Assembly: GCF_036365525.1 (NCBI RefSeq)
Contig: NC_090383.1
Span: forward strand, 92,632,164-92,696,163
Length of the DNA: 64,000 bases
Reading direction: 5' to 3'
Source: Heterodontus francisci
Lineage: Eukaryota
Below are positions 25,290-38,500 of this stretch, one piece after another. The translations under genes and the position numbers were made by a program. Below the pieces are notes generated by a model that did not search any database, was not told the origin of the DNA, and was given only the letters and a program-made list of their open reading frames with translations. Position 1 is the first letter of the stretch, and each line of letters starts with the position of its first letter.

Positions 25290-25853
25290 GGAAAAATATG
25301 TGCTACCAAATGACAGCCTGAACAGATTTGTTAAAGGCAAATTGTGTTTGTTTAAATTATAGAGTTCTTGGATGAAGTCACTGAGAGGTTTGATGAAGGT
25401 AGTGTGATTGATCTTTTGTATACAGACTTTCAAAAGATGTTTGATAAAGTACCACGTAATTGACTCATTAGCAAAATTGAAGCCTTTGGGATTAAAAGGG
25501 CTGTGGAGCATGGATCTGAAATTAGCTAAGCGACACGAAGCCGAGAGTGGTGGTGAATGGGTGTTTTCAGACTAGAGGAAAGTATAGAGTGGTGTTCCCC
25601 AGGGGTTGGTATTAGGACCACAGCTCTTTTTGATTTATATTAATAACCTGGACTTGGATATACATGGCATAATTTCAAAGTTTACAGATGACATGAAACT
25701 TAGAAATCTAGTAAAATGTGACGCAGATAATAAACTTCAGGAGGATATAAACAGACTGGTGAAATGGGCAGACACATGGCAGATGCAATTTAATGTCGAG
25801 AAGTATGAAGTCATGTATTTTGGCAGGAAGCATGAGGAAAGGCAATATAAACT
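25290..25853 (+). mobile_element. CR1 RT internal fragment
   Basis: DFQK.FDKV, VLGPQLFLIYIN, FTDD, WADTWQMQFN. Confidence 0.8.
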
Positions 25854-26169
25854 GTTGGTAGATTTCTATTTTCCCTCAAGAACCAGATGAATACCTGCCA
25901 AAGTTGCTCTTTTATGCCAACCTACAAGATAACTCTTTCTATCTTTAACACTTGCTTACAACAAAAATATGAAGGGCAATGTAAGCAGTTCACAAGAATA
26001 AAGAACACTCTGCTCTTATCATGGTTTCTTGATGCATATGTAAATTATTTTTTAAAAATTAGTCTGAGAGGTTTCAGAAATTGCAATTTCGCTGCAAACC
26101 GGGGGAATCTGTTGTCAATTCAGCTAATCATTAAATACTGTCTCAGTGTTGTACTGCAGTTCAATCTAA

Positions 26170-26490
26170 GGGGGTATGGTGGCATAGTAGTTATGTTATT
26201 GACTTAGTAAACCAGAGACATGAGTTCAAATCTCACCATAATAGCTAGGGAATTTAAATACAATTAAATAAATCTTGAATTAAAAAGCCTCAGTAAAGGT
26301 GACCTTAAAGCCCTTTAGAGAAAGAAATCTGCCATCCTCACCTGGTCTGGCCTACATGTGACTCCAGAACCACAGCAGTGTGGCTACTCTAAACTGCCAT
26401 CTGACATGGCCTAGCAAGCCACTCAGTTGTACTCAAGAACCTTCTTAATGGCAATTTGGGATGGGAAATAAAAATTTCCATGAATTAATT
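26170..26490 (+). mobile_element. Diverged tRNA-headed SINE
   Basis: TGGCATAGTAG A-box, GAGTTCAAATC B-box, body ending CCACTCAGTTGT plus LINE-like tail. Confidence 0.75.
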
Positions 26491-26849
26491 AAACGAATCA
26501 CGAGGTCAAAGGGTTTTTAATGGAAGACACGGTACAGTTGTTAGCTGATTACACTGTGGTAAAAATAACTGAGGTAAAAGGTAAATGGAAATATTGACAA
26601 AAGTACATACTAGTGGGGTTAGGGAAAATCTGTTTACTACAACTTGTATAGAAACTAGCACCAAATTGTTTACAGAAGTTGAATATTTGCAGTTTAGATG
26701 CACATTGATTAGGCAATCAATGCACTAAATTATTTCATTTGAGATTATGTTATTCATACTTTAAAGTTATATACCAGTGTTTTCAGGGTGAATTTCATGT
26801 CTTTATCTCTATCCAGGGCTGAGCAAATAATCTAGGCTGGCAATACAAT

Positions 26850-27165
26850 ACAGTGCAATGCAGAAGAAGTGCAGCACAGTTGGACATGCTGTCTTTAGAT
26901 CAGCTGTCAAACCAAGGCTCAGTCTGCCTGTTCAGTGAATGTAAAAGATCCCATGGCACTAACTGAAGCAGTGGAGGGAGTTCTTTCAGTGTCATGCTTA
27001 ACATTCTTCTTTCAACCAAAAATATTGACTGGTCATTGCTGAGCAAAAAGTACTTGTGGTGTCTGCCTACAGAACAACAGTGACTATACTCCAAATGTAA
27101 TCCATTGGCTATGAAGCACTTTGCGACATTCTGAGGATTGAAAGATGCCATTTAACCCAGATTCT
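26850..27165 (+). mobile_element. Deu-domain SINE
   Basis: GTAAAAGATCCCATGGCACTA core and tail like 13205-13605. Confidence 0.7.
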
Positions 27166-27221
27166 TTCTGTGTTGAAGTCAGAGGCAACACTGTTTAATG
27201 CAATGTATTGTACAAAATAAT

Positions 27222-27929
27222 GGCCTGGATTTTGCGGTCAGCGGTGAAACAAGGTTGCTGCCCAAGAGGATCTAGCATCTAGCAATCTTTATTGCATGGT
27301 TTTCCCCTCGCCCAACAGCAGTTTAAATCCAGCGCCAAGTCAAGGGGATGTCTTGGTGTGCTGCGCAGCAGCAGTAATGTTAGCAAGCAGGTAAGGAGCC
27401 AATTATGCTGAAGTATTCACACACAGCAAATCAGGAAGTTAAAAGCATTTAATTTCTTTGACTTTTAATTTACATTTTCAGATAGTGAAATAAATAACTA
27501 GGAGCTAAAACAAAGATAAACAACCTTAAAAAAAGAAAAAATTTAAATGTGCAATATTTTATCATTATGGAGAAATGTGCCAATCCACAAGTATTTAAAA
27601 TTAGCCTTTCAAGGACAGTAGGGTGTTCAGCAGTAATTCTGGTTAGTACGCCGTTAAAAACTCAGTTACACTGCATTCAATAAGGTGCAATCTTTTCAAG
27701 GTTTTTACAGCAAGGCGAACAATACAGAAGTGGAAGTTCTCGTCAGATCATGATTGCAGTCTTTTGGAACCTTAACAGCGCACTGTACGGAGGAATGCAG
27801 ACACCCTGACAGCAACTTCTGGGTTTCCGCATTATTCTGCACATGTGCAGACTCCCAAATTTGCTGTCAGTTTCAGTGGAGTGATGATGCGGACAAGTTA
27901 GCCAACATTATCACAGCAAAATCCAGGCC
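27222..27929. mobile_element. Harbinger-type MITE, second family
   Basis: Perfect TIR GGCCTGGATTTTGC / GCAAAATCCAGGCC; flanks AAT and ATT; related degraded copy at ~37134-37770. Confidence 0.75.
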
Positions 27930-27944
27930 ATTTTTCTGAATTGC

Positions 27945-28505
27945 TGCAATTATATAGTGCATTGGTGAGACCACACCTGGAGTGTACAGTTTTGGTCTTC
28001 TTACCTAAGAAAGGATAGACTTGCCATAGAGGGGATGCAACAAAGCTTCACTAGACTGTATCCTGGGCTGTCCCATGAGGAGAAATTGAATAGAATGGGC
28101 CTATAATCTCTGGAGTTTAGAAGAATGAGACGCGATCACATTGACACATATAAAATTTTTAGAAGGCTTGACAGGGTAAATGCTGTTTCCCCTGGCTGGA
28201 GATTCTAGAACTGGGGGTCATAGTCTCAGGTTAAGGGGTTGGCCATTTCAGACCGAGATGAGGAGAAATTTCTTTACTCAGAGGGTGGTGAATCTTCGAA
28301 ATTCTCTACTCCAGAGGGTTGTGGATACCCAGTCGTTGAGTATATTCAAGACAGAGATTGATAGATTTTTGTGGGAATCAAAGAATATGGAGATACAGCA
28401 GGAAAGCAGAGTTGATGGACAAGTTCAGCCATGATCTTACTGAATGGCGGAGGAAGCTCGAAAGGTCATATGGCCTATTCCTGCTCCAATTTCTTAAGTT
28501 CTTAC
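27945..28505 (+). mobile_element. CR1 3' fragment
   Basis: LVRPHLE, GHSLRL..F.TEMRRNFFTQRVVNL; tail GGCCTATTCCTGCTCC..TTCTTA. Confidence 0.85.
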
Positions 28506-28600
28506 ATTATTAAATTGCAGCTGGCTAACATCAACTATTCTTGGCCCTATAATTGTCTTCCAGTGCTGGTGGATCAAAAACATTTCTAGTTTTATTTTGG

Positions 28601-28838
28601 ATTTAGTTTAGTTTAGTTTAGAGATACAGCACTGAAACAGGCCCTTCAGCCCACCGAGTCTGTGCCGACCATCAACCACCCATTTATACTAATCCTACAC
28701 TAATACCATATTCCTACCACATCCCCACCTGTCCCTATATATCCCTGCCAGCTACCTATACTAGGGGCAATTTATAATGGCCAATTTACCTACCAACCTG
28801 CAAGTCTTTTGGCTTGTGGGAGGAAACCGGAGCAGCCG
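28601..28838 (-). mobile_element. 5'-truncated HE1-type SINE
   Basis: Near identical to the tail half of 40719-41078. Confidence 0.85.
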
Positions 28839-29721
28839 GTTTACAGCAATAGACTCTGTATAGCAATGATTACAGATTTAGAAGAACTATTATGCCCCAT
28901 AGGCAGTTTCTGTTATTTGTACTGCCCAGCACAATGAACACTCGATGTTCCCTGGATTACAATAGTTATTGTAAACCAGGTTTGCTTCATGCTGGCAGCT
29001 TACAGACGATGAGGTGTACGAGTGGAATAAGCTCCTGCCGCTTTCTAAAATACATTTGTGGTTACTTGGTTCTAATATTGAAATAGTGTTTGCTTGCATT
29101 CTAAAATAGCTACATCTTTTTTGTTAGCTAGGAAGATATATTTCGCCATAGTCTGTTACACAAGCAAACAATGCTTTAGAGTACACAGTGAACAGAATTC
29201 TAATACCGCTGTCTGTGGTAGGGTTTTCCCATAATAATTGTAGTGTATTGTACTGAACTGGCTGGGTTAGCGTATTGTGATAGCTAAGCATTTGTAAGCT
29301 ACTATACTGCCTCTCTGCCACCCTCTCTGTTGGGGAGGCGTAAATAAAAAAGTTCCACAATGGCTGCCAACAGCAAGACTCATTTTAGACTGACTTAATG
29401 AATACACAACAGAAAGATGTCAATGAAGATGGGTAGCATTTTTTTTACATTCATTTGAGACATTACAGTCTGAAAAATATTGTGACACCCTTTTTGTAAC
29501 TCCCAAAGGCGATTTTGAGGAAGTTTGGGCGATTTGAAAGATTGCTCTGGGTGTACTTCGCAGCACGGTACAAATTGAAATAAAAGGCACTGAAGACATA
29601 TTTTGGGACAATGGGGGAATTCATAATTTACTTCCAGCATTGATACAGCTGCAGCAGTGTCTGTTATCTCGGAAGGAGAATACAAAACGTTCCTAAGTCA
29701 CATTCCCTTACAAAAACTGGT

Positions 29722-30273
29722 GTGAAACTGACTAGTTATTCCAATAAATATATTCCAGTTTTCAGTGAAGTCAGTGTTAGGGTGGAATATAGGATGCATC
29801 CTATTACTTTCCATTTGGTAGTAGTAGGAGGAAACAAAATCTCCCTAATGTTAAACTGGGCCAAATTATTTACAGTAGAGATCAGTAAGAATATGCCTGA
29901 TATTGAGGAACTGAAGACTGATTCAATTTTAACCAATGAGTTGCCTGTGAATTACTTTACATACACAAATGACATGCCAGTGTCTGCCAGAGAAATTTCT
30001 GAAGAAACTCGCAAGGATGTGGTGGTCAATAAAGTACTCAATTATGTCATGAATGGCTGGTCTAAAGAGTGTGATGATGAGAAATTGCAGGAGTATTTCA
30101 CACATAGAAATGAACTGAGTGTAAATCACGGCTGTCTCCTTTTGGGTTTAAGAGTCATTATTTTGCCAAGGTTTAGGAGAGAGATTGTTAGAGAAATTTC
30201 ATCAAGAGCACACAGGGATAGTCCACATGAAAGCAGTAGCAAGATGATGTTTTTGGCATCCAAAGGTAGATAG
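29722..30273 (+). pseudogene. Gypsy pol remnant: protease C-terminus fused to pre-integrase region
   Basis: LTSYS..IPV..V.V.Y runs in frame into ETRKD..V..YVMNGW..ELSV..GCLL.G.RVI; no RT or RNase H motifs. Confidence 0.75.
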
Positions 30274-31018
30274 AGATATTGAAGAGTTGGTGAAAAGTTG
30301 TGAAGTGTGTCTCAGAATGAGAAATGATCCAACCAAGGTTCCTTTCTTTCCATGGTCAAACACAGGAAAACTGTAGGAACGAGTACATGTCAATTTCTTT
30401 GAAGTAGAAGGTAAAGGGTATTTTCTTTTGGTCGATAGCTATAGCAAATGGATAAATGTTGAGTTTATGCCCAATAATACAAGTGCCAAAACTATCGAGG
30501 TTTTGAGAAGTTGGTTTGCAATTTATGGGTTGCCAGAGGTGTTGGTGTCAGATAATGATCCATAGTTTACATCAAAAGAATTGGAAATATTTCTGAGTAA
30601 GAATGGAGTCAAACACACTCTAATAGCTCTGTATCACAGCATCAAATGGTGCTGCAGAAAGAAGTGTACAACTTGCGAAGGGGCCTTTGCAGAGGTTTTT
30701 GCTAGGTGACAAGCTAGGCAGTAATTTCCATGTTTCTCTTCGACATAGGCTAGACAATTTTCTGTTCTCTTATAGAATAACCCCACAGTCTACAACAGGT
30801 TGTTCACCTGATGAGTTCGTGTTTAAACACGCTCCTAGGACAAGGTTTAGCTTGCTTAAGCCTGACGTCAATAGCAAAGTAAGAGAAAAGCAAGACAGAG
30901 TGAAAATGAGTTATGATACTCGAGGCATGAAACTTAGAGAGTTCAGTGCTGGTCAGAAGGTCATGGTGAAAAACCACCGAGGTGATAAGGAAAGTATGTG
31001 TTTGGAGTTCTTGTAAAA

Positions 31019-31684
31019 CAAGGTTGTCCAACATATGGTCTGCGAGCCAGAATCCGGCCTGCCAAAGGTTTCCATCCAGCCCGTGGATGTAAACTGTACG
31101 CAGCCGTTGCTCCTCCTTGTTCCATGGATTTTGCCCTCGGCCATTTGCTTTCAGCTTCAGGGATGAGAAATTTCATCCGACCGGCAGAGATTTCTATGAT
31201 TAACAATTGTCTGTCCCTGCTGTTTTCGGCGAATGAGCGCCTGCGGGGAAATGTAGTCCCCCTGCTCCCCGATCCCTATAGACAGAACTGTAATCTGGCA
31301 CTACATCTCCCAGAGAGCACCGCGTGCCTGCATGGCGACTGGGCTGTAGCCCAGCGGCATGACCCCAGAGGCTAATGAGCGCAGCGGGTCATGACTGAGA
31401 CGGTAGTTGCAGTCAGCCTGAGGAACCGACAACATGATGACTAAAGTGAAGGTGAACCCGAGGCTTGGGGCCTAGGCTCAGCGGGAGGGAAGGAGAGAGA
31501 CAGACACAGAGACAGAGAGACACACACACAGGAGGAGGGAGAGAGAAACAGACACAGAGAGAGATTTTGATTCATAATAAAATAAATTTCTAATGCCCTT
31601 ATCCTTCCGAAATTTGCTCACTGGCCTCCTATGTAGGACAACATTTGTAATGTGGCCCCTCACGTGAAAAGGTTGGACACCCCG
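31019..31684. mobile_element. hAT (Charlie-like) MITE nested in Gypsy
   Basis: TIR CAAGGTTGTCCAAC / GTTGGACACCCCG; 8-bp TSD TTGTAAAA / TTATAAAA. Confidence 0.8.
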
Positions 31685-32051
31685 TTATAAAAATAGGTGC
31701 ATTCACATATCTAGTGAAGACTGGGGACAGTCTCCATCAATCTCACGTAGATCATTTGTTTGAAAAAGGAAATCTGTCAAAGGCACAGCATGAAAAAACT
31801 CCTATAGTCCAAATTATTACAGTCCCAAGAGAAAGAATGAAAGTGCGAGTCACAAAGAAACCGAAAGTTTGCCAGTATCACAGAATCCACCTGTACAGCA
31901 AGATGAGTCAGGGTCTTTGATTAAGACTAATCAATCAATTTCACAGTTCCAACCATTAAATGGAGTTGGTAGTCAAAGTCAAAGTTCAGGGTTGACACAG
32001 TCTGAGATGTTGGGAGAGCAGAGTCAAGCTAATGGAAATGGAAGAAGATAC

Positions 32052-32327
32052 ACAGACAGTGGCGCAGTGGTTAGCACCACAGCCTCACAGCTCCAGGGAC
32101 CCGGGTTCAATTCTGGGTACTGCCTGTGCGGAGTTTGCAAGTTTTCCCTGTGACCGCGTGGGTTTTCGCCGGGTGCTCTGATAGGTAAATTGGCCATTGT
32201 AAATTGCCCCTAGTATAGGTAGGTGGTAGGGAATGTGGGATTACTGTAGGGTTAGTATAAATGGGTGGTTCTTGGTCGGCTCAGACTCGGTGGGCCAAAG
32301 GGCCTGTTTCAGTGCTGTATCTCTAAA
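32052..32327 (+). mobile_element. HE1-type SINE nested in Gypsy pol end
   Basis: TGGCGCAGTGG A-box, GGTTCAATTC B-box, tail GGCCTGTTTCAGTGCTGTATCTCTAAA. Confidence 0.85.
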
Positions 32328-34759
32328 GAGAAAGAAGCCAGATAGGTTAATTGAAACTATGTAGGAAGGAAGAAGAAATAAGTTATTCTTTTCATTACTC
32401 CTTGTCAAATTATGATATTTTGTAAAAGGCATTCTGGTGTTGAGGAAAAATAATTAATTACACTGGAAATATTGGTCATATATGCTTTAGTTGTGATTAC
32501 AGCAACACAGATTATAGACAAGCATGCAACCCAACCTGTTAGATCTCAGGGTATCATTATTGTATTCTAGGAAATTATGTTCATGTACCATTTTACAATT
32601 TACAGTGTAAGCTTTTTCTTTAAGTGGGGAGTGAGTGTAGTGTATTGTATTGAACTGGCTGAGTTAGTGTATTGTGATAGCTAAGCATTTGCATACTTCT
32701 ATACTGCCTTTCTGCTGGCCTCTCTGTTGGGGAAGTGTAAATTAACAAGGTTTCACAATGGCCGCCTACAGCAAGACTATACACAACTATAATTTAGTTA
32801 GACAATTGTATAGAAAAAGAAACATTCTATTTGGTGAGGAGATTTGTATCTATGCTGTGCCACATGAAAATTTAAATATGTTTTTTCCATTCTGTACAGT
32901 AATCGCCAATTAAAATGAAGCACAATGACCTACCTTAAAGGAGCTATTCCCTTATAAGGAATGATTTTACTTATTAAAATACAGAAAATGTCATAAATTC
33001 TACTCGTAAACTTCCCCCATCAGGTTTCTTCATGTTTTTCTCTGTCTTTGGCTAACATACTGTCAAGGTAGCCTTAACAGAGCTGGAATGAAGTTTGTAT
33101 GACTATAAAAATGGAACTGAATAGAATTTGCTGTTGAACACACATCAAATCAATTTGTTTTCTTAATTCAGTCTCTCCCACACCCTCCCTTCCCAGCAGC
33201 TCTTTCAAACCTAGTAGCAGTACAGGGAATAAAAATGAAAACTTTGTGCAGTTTGTAGTAAGGTTTAGCACTGCACACCCTGCTGCAAGCACGATTTTAC
33301 TGAGGCTGGAAATCAAATGGAATTGTGGTCTTTCTGTATTGAGCACTATCTAAAAGAGTGCCAACATTTTCTTTGCAGCAAAACTTCAAATGGGCAGCCT
33401 TCTGTTATCCATTACTGACTCATGTAAAGGCCTAAAAAACAGTATTGCCTTTGTACTGCCAGCAAGGTAAATGATAATGAAGTAAGACTGTCTCAGTTTA
33501 ACATCGGTATTTATGAACTTGGATGAGCAGTTGCATATTTTATCAAGAGACAAGGTAACTTTAGATGATACTGTCCTGATTTATCGTGAGCTCGATTATG
33601 GCTTTAATCCACTCTTCATTTTCTTTCCTTCCTGTTGCAGTCATTTTTAGATTTCCTTTTTGCCGCCTTCCTTTATATCTTCCTTTGGATTTATTTTTCT
33701 CATGTCTATAAGATTACAGCATTCTTTACAATACAATGCTTTCCATCTCCCTTTCCTTGCCTCTGTGTGGTTTCACTTTTGTTCTTGTATATTCTTTTGG
33801 TGTTATCCTTGTCCCAGTGATACAATCTATTCTAACAGTTCTTGTTCTATGGGGCCTGTTTGATCAGTCATTAGGAATTTCCTCAACTATGGATCAAAAA
33901 ATTCCATCCTCCCACCACTCTTCATTCAGGAGTGCAGAAAAGGGAGAGAATATCGATGGCATATATACCAGATTTCCAACTGTGATCCAGAACCCTGAGC
34001 TATTTACTAAGGGTAGACATTTAACAGAACCAATAATATGTCACTAAAGCAATTACGAATAATAAAATATGTATAACCCTTTTAGGTCACCCACTTTAAT
34101 TGAATTAAATGTAACCCTACACCAGTTCTATTAATGGTCTAATGCAGGAAATAATACAATGATTGTGTTAAAATTCATAATCTCCTTAAGGAGCTTCTAT
34201 AAAGCCATATAGGTGCTTGAAAAAACACTGATGAATATTTGATGGTTAGAAACAAGAACGCCAAGGTACAAATGAGTTGCATTCTTTAGCTCAGCTGGAG
34301 TTGTTTTCTAGTAGTAGTAATAAAGATTTTGCTGGGCCATTTGTTTCAACACTCCCTGAACATTATGCTGCAATTATCCTTAGCAGAAACGGCAAACAAG
34401 CATCCTGTGTCAATTCCCTTATTTTAATTGCTTACCGAAAATTGCACAAGGATGAAATTCGTGAGCTTTTACTTCAGTCTTCCCTCCATCTCTGTGGGGC
34501 TATGCTTCTCTCCTCATTGCTGAAGCTGGGATTGGGACGTCACAGTGTAGAGAATAGTGGCCATGAGCATTTTCTCTCCCGCTGTAACGATGCAGCATAT
34601 TGGTATCTCCAAGTCAAAACCACAAATCTTTGCTAACACTGCTTCTTTCAATGCATTTAGATGAGTTACCACTAAGAATCCATTAGAATCACGACAGATA
34701 TGTGCTGACTGGGAGAATGTTAGTAGAACTTAATAAGTGGTCATGCTAGGTTTTGTATT

Positions 34760-35545
34760 AAACCTGGAAATACTCAGCAGAGCAGGTAGCAGAAACAGAG
34801 TTAATAGGCAGGATTTTTGGGCCTCACTAAGGTCAGGACGGAGGTGGATGGGGCCTGAAATACCTGCACTGGCCAGCCTGCCGGTTTCCCAACCCTGTTC
34901 CTGGTGTCGGCCATTTTGGCTCAGGCTGACTAAGATTTTCCAGTGCAGTTCAATTGCCTGGAGGCCTGCACCCAGCGACAGGCCAGGGTGCCAGCACTCC
35001 AAGCAGGTCTATAGGCCCTCCCTGCCTGCCTGGGTGCGTGTGCAGCCAAAAGCTCCCCTATAGAGGGATTTCCCCCCTGCCCACAATGGGGGCCTCGCTG
35101 CTTTCTCTGTTTTTTTAATTGATTTTTTAAGAAGGTTGGTGATAAGACACTTCCATGTTGATGCGCCCTCTCAGTTACTTATCATTCATTACAGCCAGCT
35201 GCTCCTCTCAAGCTGGAAGCCTTCTGATCAGCCCTCCCATTTCGAGAGCCCCGCTGCTGCCCTTAATTGGACAGGGAATCAGTCTCCATTCCAATTAAGG
35301 GGGCAAGCTGGTCAAATTCCCAAAAAGAGACTGTCCTGGCTCCTGTTTCCCACCCCCCAAGGCTAGAATTCAGCCCAATGTTTCAGGTTGATGGCCTCTC
35401 ATCAGAACTGTTCTGACGATAAGTAATCAACCTGAAACATTAACTCTGCTTTTCTCTCCACAGATGCTGCCTGATCTACTGAATATTTCCACCATTTTCT
35501 GGTTTTATTTCTGATTTATAGCATCTGCAGTATTTTGTTTTTGTG
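34760..35545. mobile_element. Inverted (palindromic) Penelope-type pseudo-LTR pair with hammerhead-like cores
   Basis: Arms meet at AGAAC-T-GTTCT (~35409); CTGATGA..GAAAC on minus strand and CTGACGA..GAAAC on plus strand. Confidence 0.6.
34806..35376. mobile_element. Harbinger-type MITE inserted in Penelope-type repeat
   Basis: Termini AGGCAGGATTTT / AGAATTCAGCCC; TSD AAT. Confidence 0.7.
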
Positions 35546-38500
35546 TTTGTATAAACCTCTTTAACCAAAAAATAGCACTGTCAAAGTCTTTGTAAATTGG
35601 CTTTATTGTCACTAGTACTTTTCGTGAAGTATCGGTGGTATGTTTGAAATGTCCTATGAATCAGGTTTGATCCATATCTATGCTGAGTCAGATAATCTGG
35701 CTTTGGACTGCAATTAAGGTACTACAATTAATTTCAGACCTAGGGAAGGGGAAGAAAATCAGTCAGGAACCCCTGTCCTGAAAGTTATCTAAGCACAACC
35801 ACGAGAAAGTACCTGTGTGGATCATGGGGGCAGGATCGAGTTTGGTGATCCAGCTGTTACTCTCCCTGTTGAATAGCCTGCCAACACACACCATTTAGAC
35901 TTACATTTGAAGAACAGCCATTTAGACAATGTCTTGAGGGTTGCTGGCAGATAGGGATCTGTATCTCAGCAAGGATGGGCGAAGAAACAAAGAGAAAATT
36001 GGAGTAAAGAAATCCTAAATCCAAACAAACAATGAAATTAAACAACTTAACAGTCACATAGATCATTTTCAATTCCCTGTCAATGATGATATTGTACAAT
36101 AATGAGGAACAATACAGCTTGTATTCTACAACTAGGTTATAGTTAACAGAGAGTATATTTGCTGCTACAGCATGTGACAGGTGGCACACATCCTCAAGAT
36201 GAAAGTGACCGGCGATTACAACACATGGTACAATATTCATTATTACTCACTGGGTGTCAGTGATATTTAAGCATGACAGCTCCAAGCACATTTGCAAAGA
36301 AGTGGCTAGCCTCCAAACAAACTTAAACACTCAACCAACCACTCTGATGTCTAAACAAGAATCTATTGAGGCATCTGTTGCACATTCTCCAAATGTGGTT
36401 GAAAATTCTGCAGAGATGTGTTTAAGATGTATTGGAACTATGGTCAGCAGCTGCTGAAGACAGACAATAATCATAAGCTGATTGCAGTGATATGTCAGCG
36501 TGTCCTTTCCCTATGGAAAGCCAAATGTGAACATGCCGGTAGTTATGATTGTTCTTGCAGAAATACAAGGCTTAAGGTAAATGTACTGATCCCATGCTCT
36601 GAGTAAAGAGCCATGTTCAACAAGAGAGTGAGTCAGAAAATCAATGCTACAATGTTGTAGACCTATCTCTCAGCTGTAAAAGCTTAGAGCATAGCTTTTG
36701 CACTGGAAGCACATGGTCAGTTAATTTGTTCAACCATTCCTACATTATTTTATTATCTAATGCATCATCAGCTCACCTAACTGAAATTATCCCTCAAACA
36801 CAAATCTGTCGTTCATTATTATGCAGTTTCATTGTAATTTTTTCACTGGGCCTATTGAGCATTTCAGTAGTAATATGCCAGAGAAAAGAAAGTTATATTT
36901 AAGTCTTTAATATTTGTTTTTTTGATGTGATTCTCTTGACAGAGCACCTCAACTTAGACCCAATAGTGACAAAGTGGTAGCAAGCAGTATTTCACCCTGT
37001 GACTCAGGCAGTATCTCCAGGTATAGCCCAAGTTTGGAAGGACAAAACTTATAATTATAGAGCTGGGCACTTTTATAGCTCAAGTTGACGTAACAGAAAA
37101 ATTCACACCCCAACCATTACACTGAAATCCCAATGACCAAATTTTTCTGCAGCAGAGCTTCTAATTGGTAGCTGCCACTAGTCAGACATGCCCTTACACG
37201 TTTAGTTTTTTTCTACGTGGCAAATTGCTGTAAGTGCAAGCTAATAAAGTGTGAGGGAAACATGGCATCTAAGTCCTGAGTGAGCAGTTAACATTGTATC
37301 TCCTTAACCAATCAGATTGAAAGATTGTGAAATTAACAAAGCAAGGACTGAGAAGGAAGAATAAATTAGAGTAGGTGAATTCAATGTAAAATCAGGAACA
37401 GAAAGGGAAGTAAAGAGATGGAAAGAAAGCTCAGATTATTAGAGAGAAAAATGAGAGAGAAAGAAAGAGTAAAAAAAATTACATTTTTATTATCTCCAAC
37501 AATAATTAAAATCTAAAGGATTGAGACTCCATGCTTGTAATTGTTAATTTTCAACAAATACAGTCATTCAATGCATTTCAATGATGAGGCAGACGACGAG
37601 ATGCTGTTTTCACAAAGCTAACTGTGGAGCAGCACAATGAGGCAGCATCTTTTGGATATTTGAGTTTAAATCGCGCATCTGCTCATTGCTTGAAGTTGCT
37701 GACCCATATGTGTATAAATAATGGTGAGCAGCATTAGCCTCACCATTATTTTGTCAGGGAAATCTGAGCCATTTATGCATTGTATGTTTAAGCACTTCAG
37801 TATTGTACTTCAGAAATAGCATTTTGGGAAATGAGCAATTTGACACATGGCATACAGTAAGTGCAGTAAACTTGAGAGGAACCCCATTGTTCCAAAGCTT
37901 TTCATCACTGGGGTTCTCTTCACCTCATATCTGGGTCTGTTGGAGACTAGCTGATAGAGATGATTGCTATGAATAATCAACAACTCCAATATTATTGTAT
38001 AATACAACTACCAGGATAGTAGAAGGCAAACTAGATGGACCTTGGTCTTTCTTCATCTAGAAATCCCAATGTTCTTGCACAGATCTCAAAATAATTTAAA
38101 ACTGACAAGTTGGGAGGAAGTCACCATTCTGCATTTGAGGATTAGAAAGAGATGAAAGAGTGCTAGGCTGAATAATACCTATCTCACCTCACCTCACTCA
38201 AAGTGCAATACCACATTCAAAACCTAAAAGAAAGTGATTCAGCAAGCAAGCTGGGCAGAGCAGTCTAACATGATAACCATTGCTTACAGACGGCCTGCAC
38301 AGTTATCTGTAAGCCAAGCCTCGCTGCAAGAGTCGACAATCCAATGCCATGAACACTGCATCTTATATACTTTATGTGTAATAATATAGTGTATAGAAAT
38401 ATATTCGAACAACCCGATAAAAAGAAAAGTACTGGCAGTGTAGTGCCTTTCCTAAAAGGAACAATTCCTCTCTCTACTGTACACTCTTTATTTTCTTGTA

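Larger units (their letters stand above)
29239..32788 (+). mobile_element. Internally deleted Gypsy (Mag-like) LTR retrotransposon
   Basis: Short LTRs 29239-29411 and 32636-32788; 5-bp TSD ATAAT; PPT before 3' LTR; protease IDTAAAVSVIS (~29640); integrase zinc finger and core (~30200-30850); RRY..PDRL end. Confidence 0.9.

Noticed and set aside
29004-29044. KRQELIPLV resembles KRKELIPLV of C15orf48/NMES1
   Set aside because: Only nine residues; downstream sequence does not continue the match
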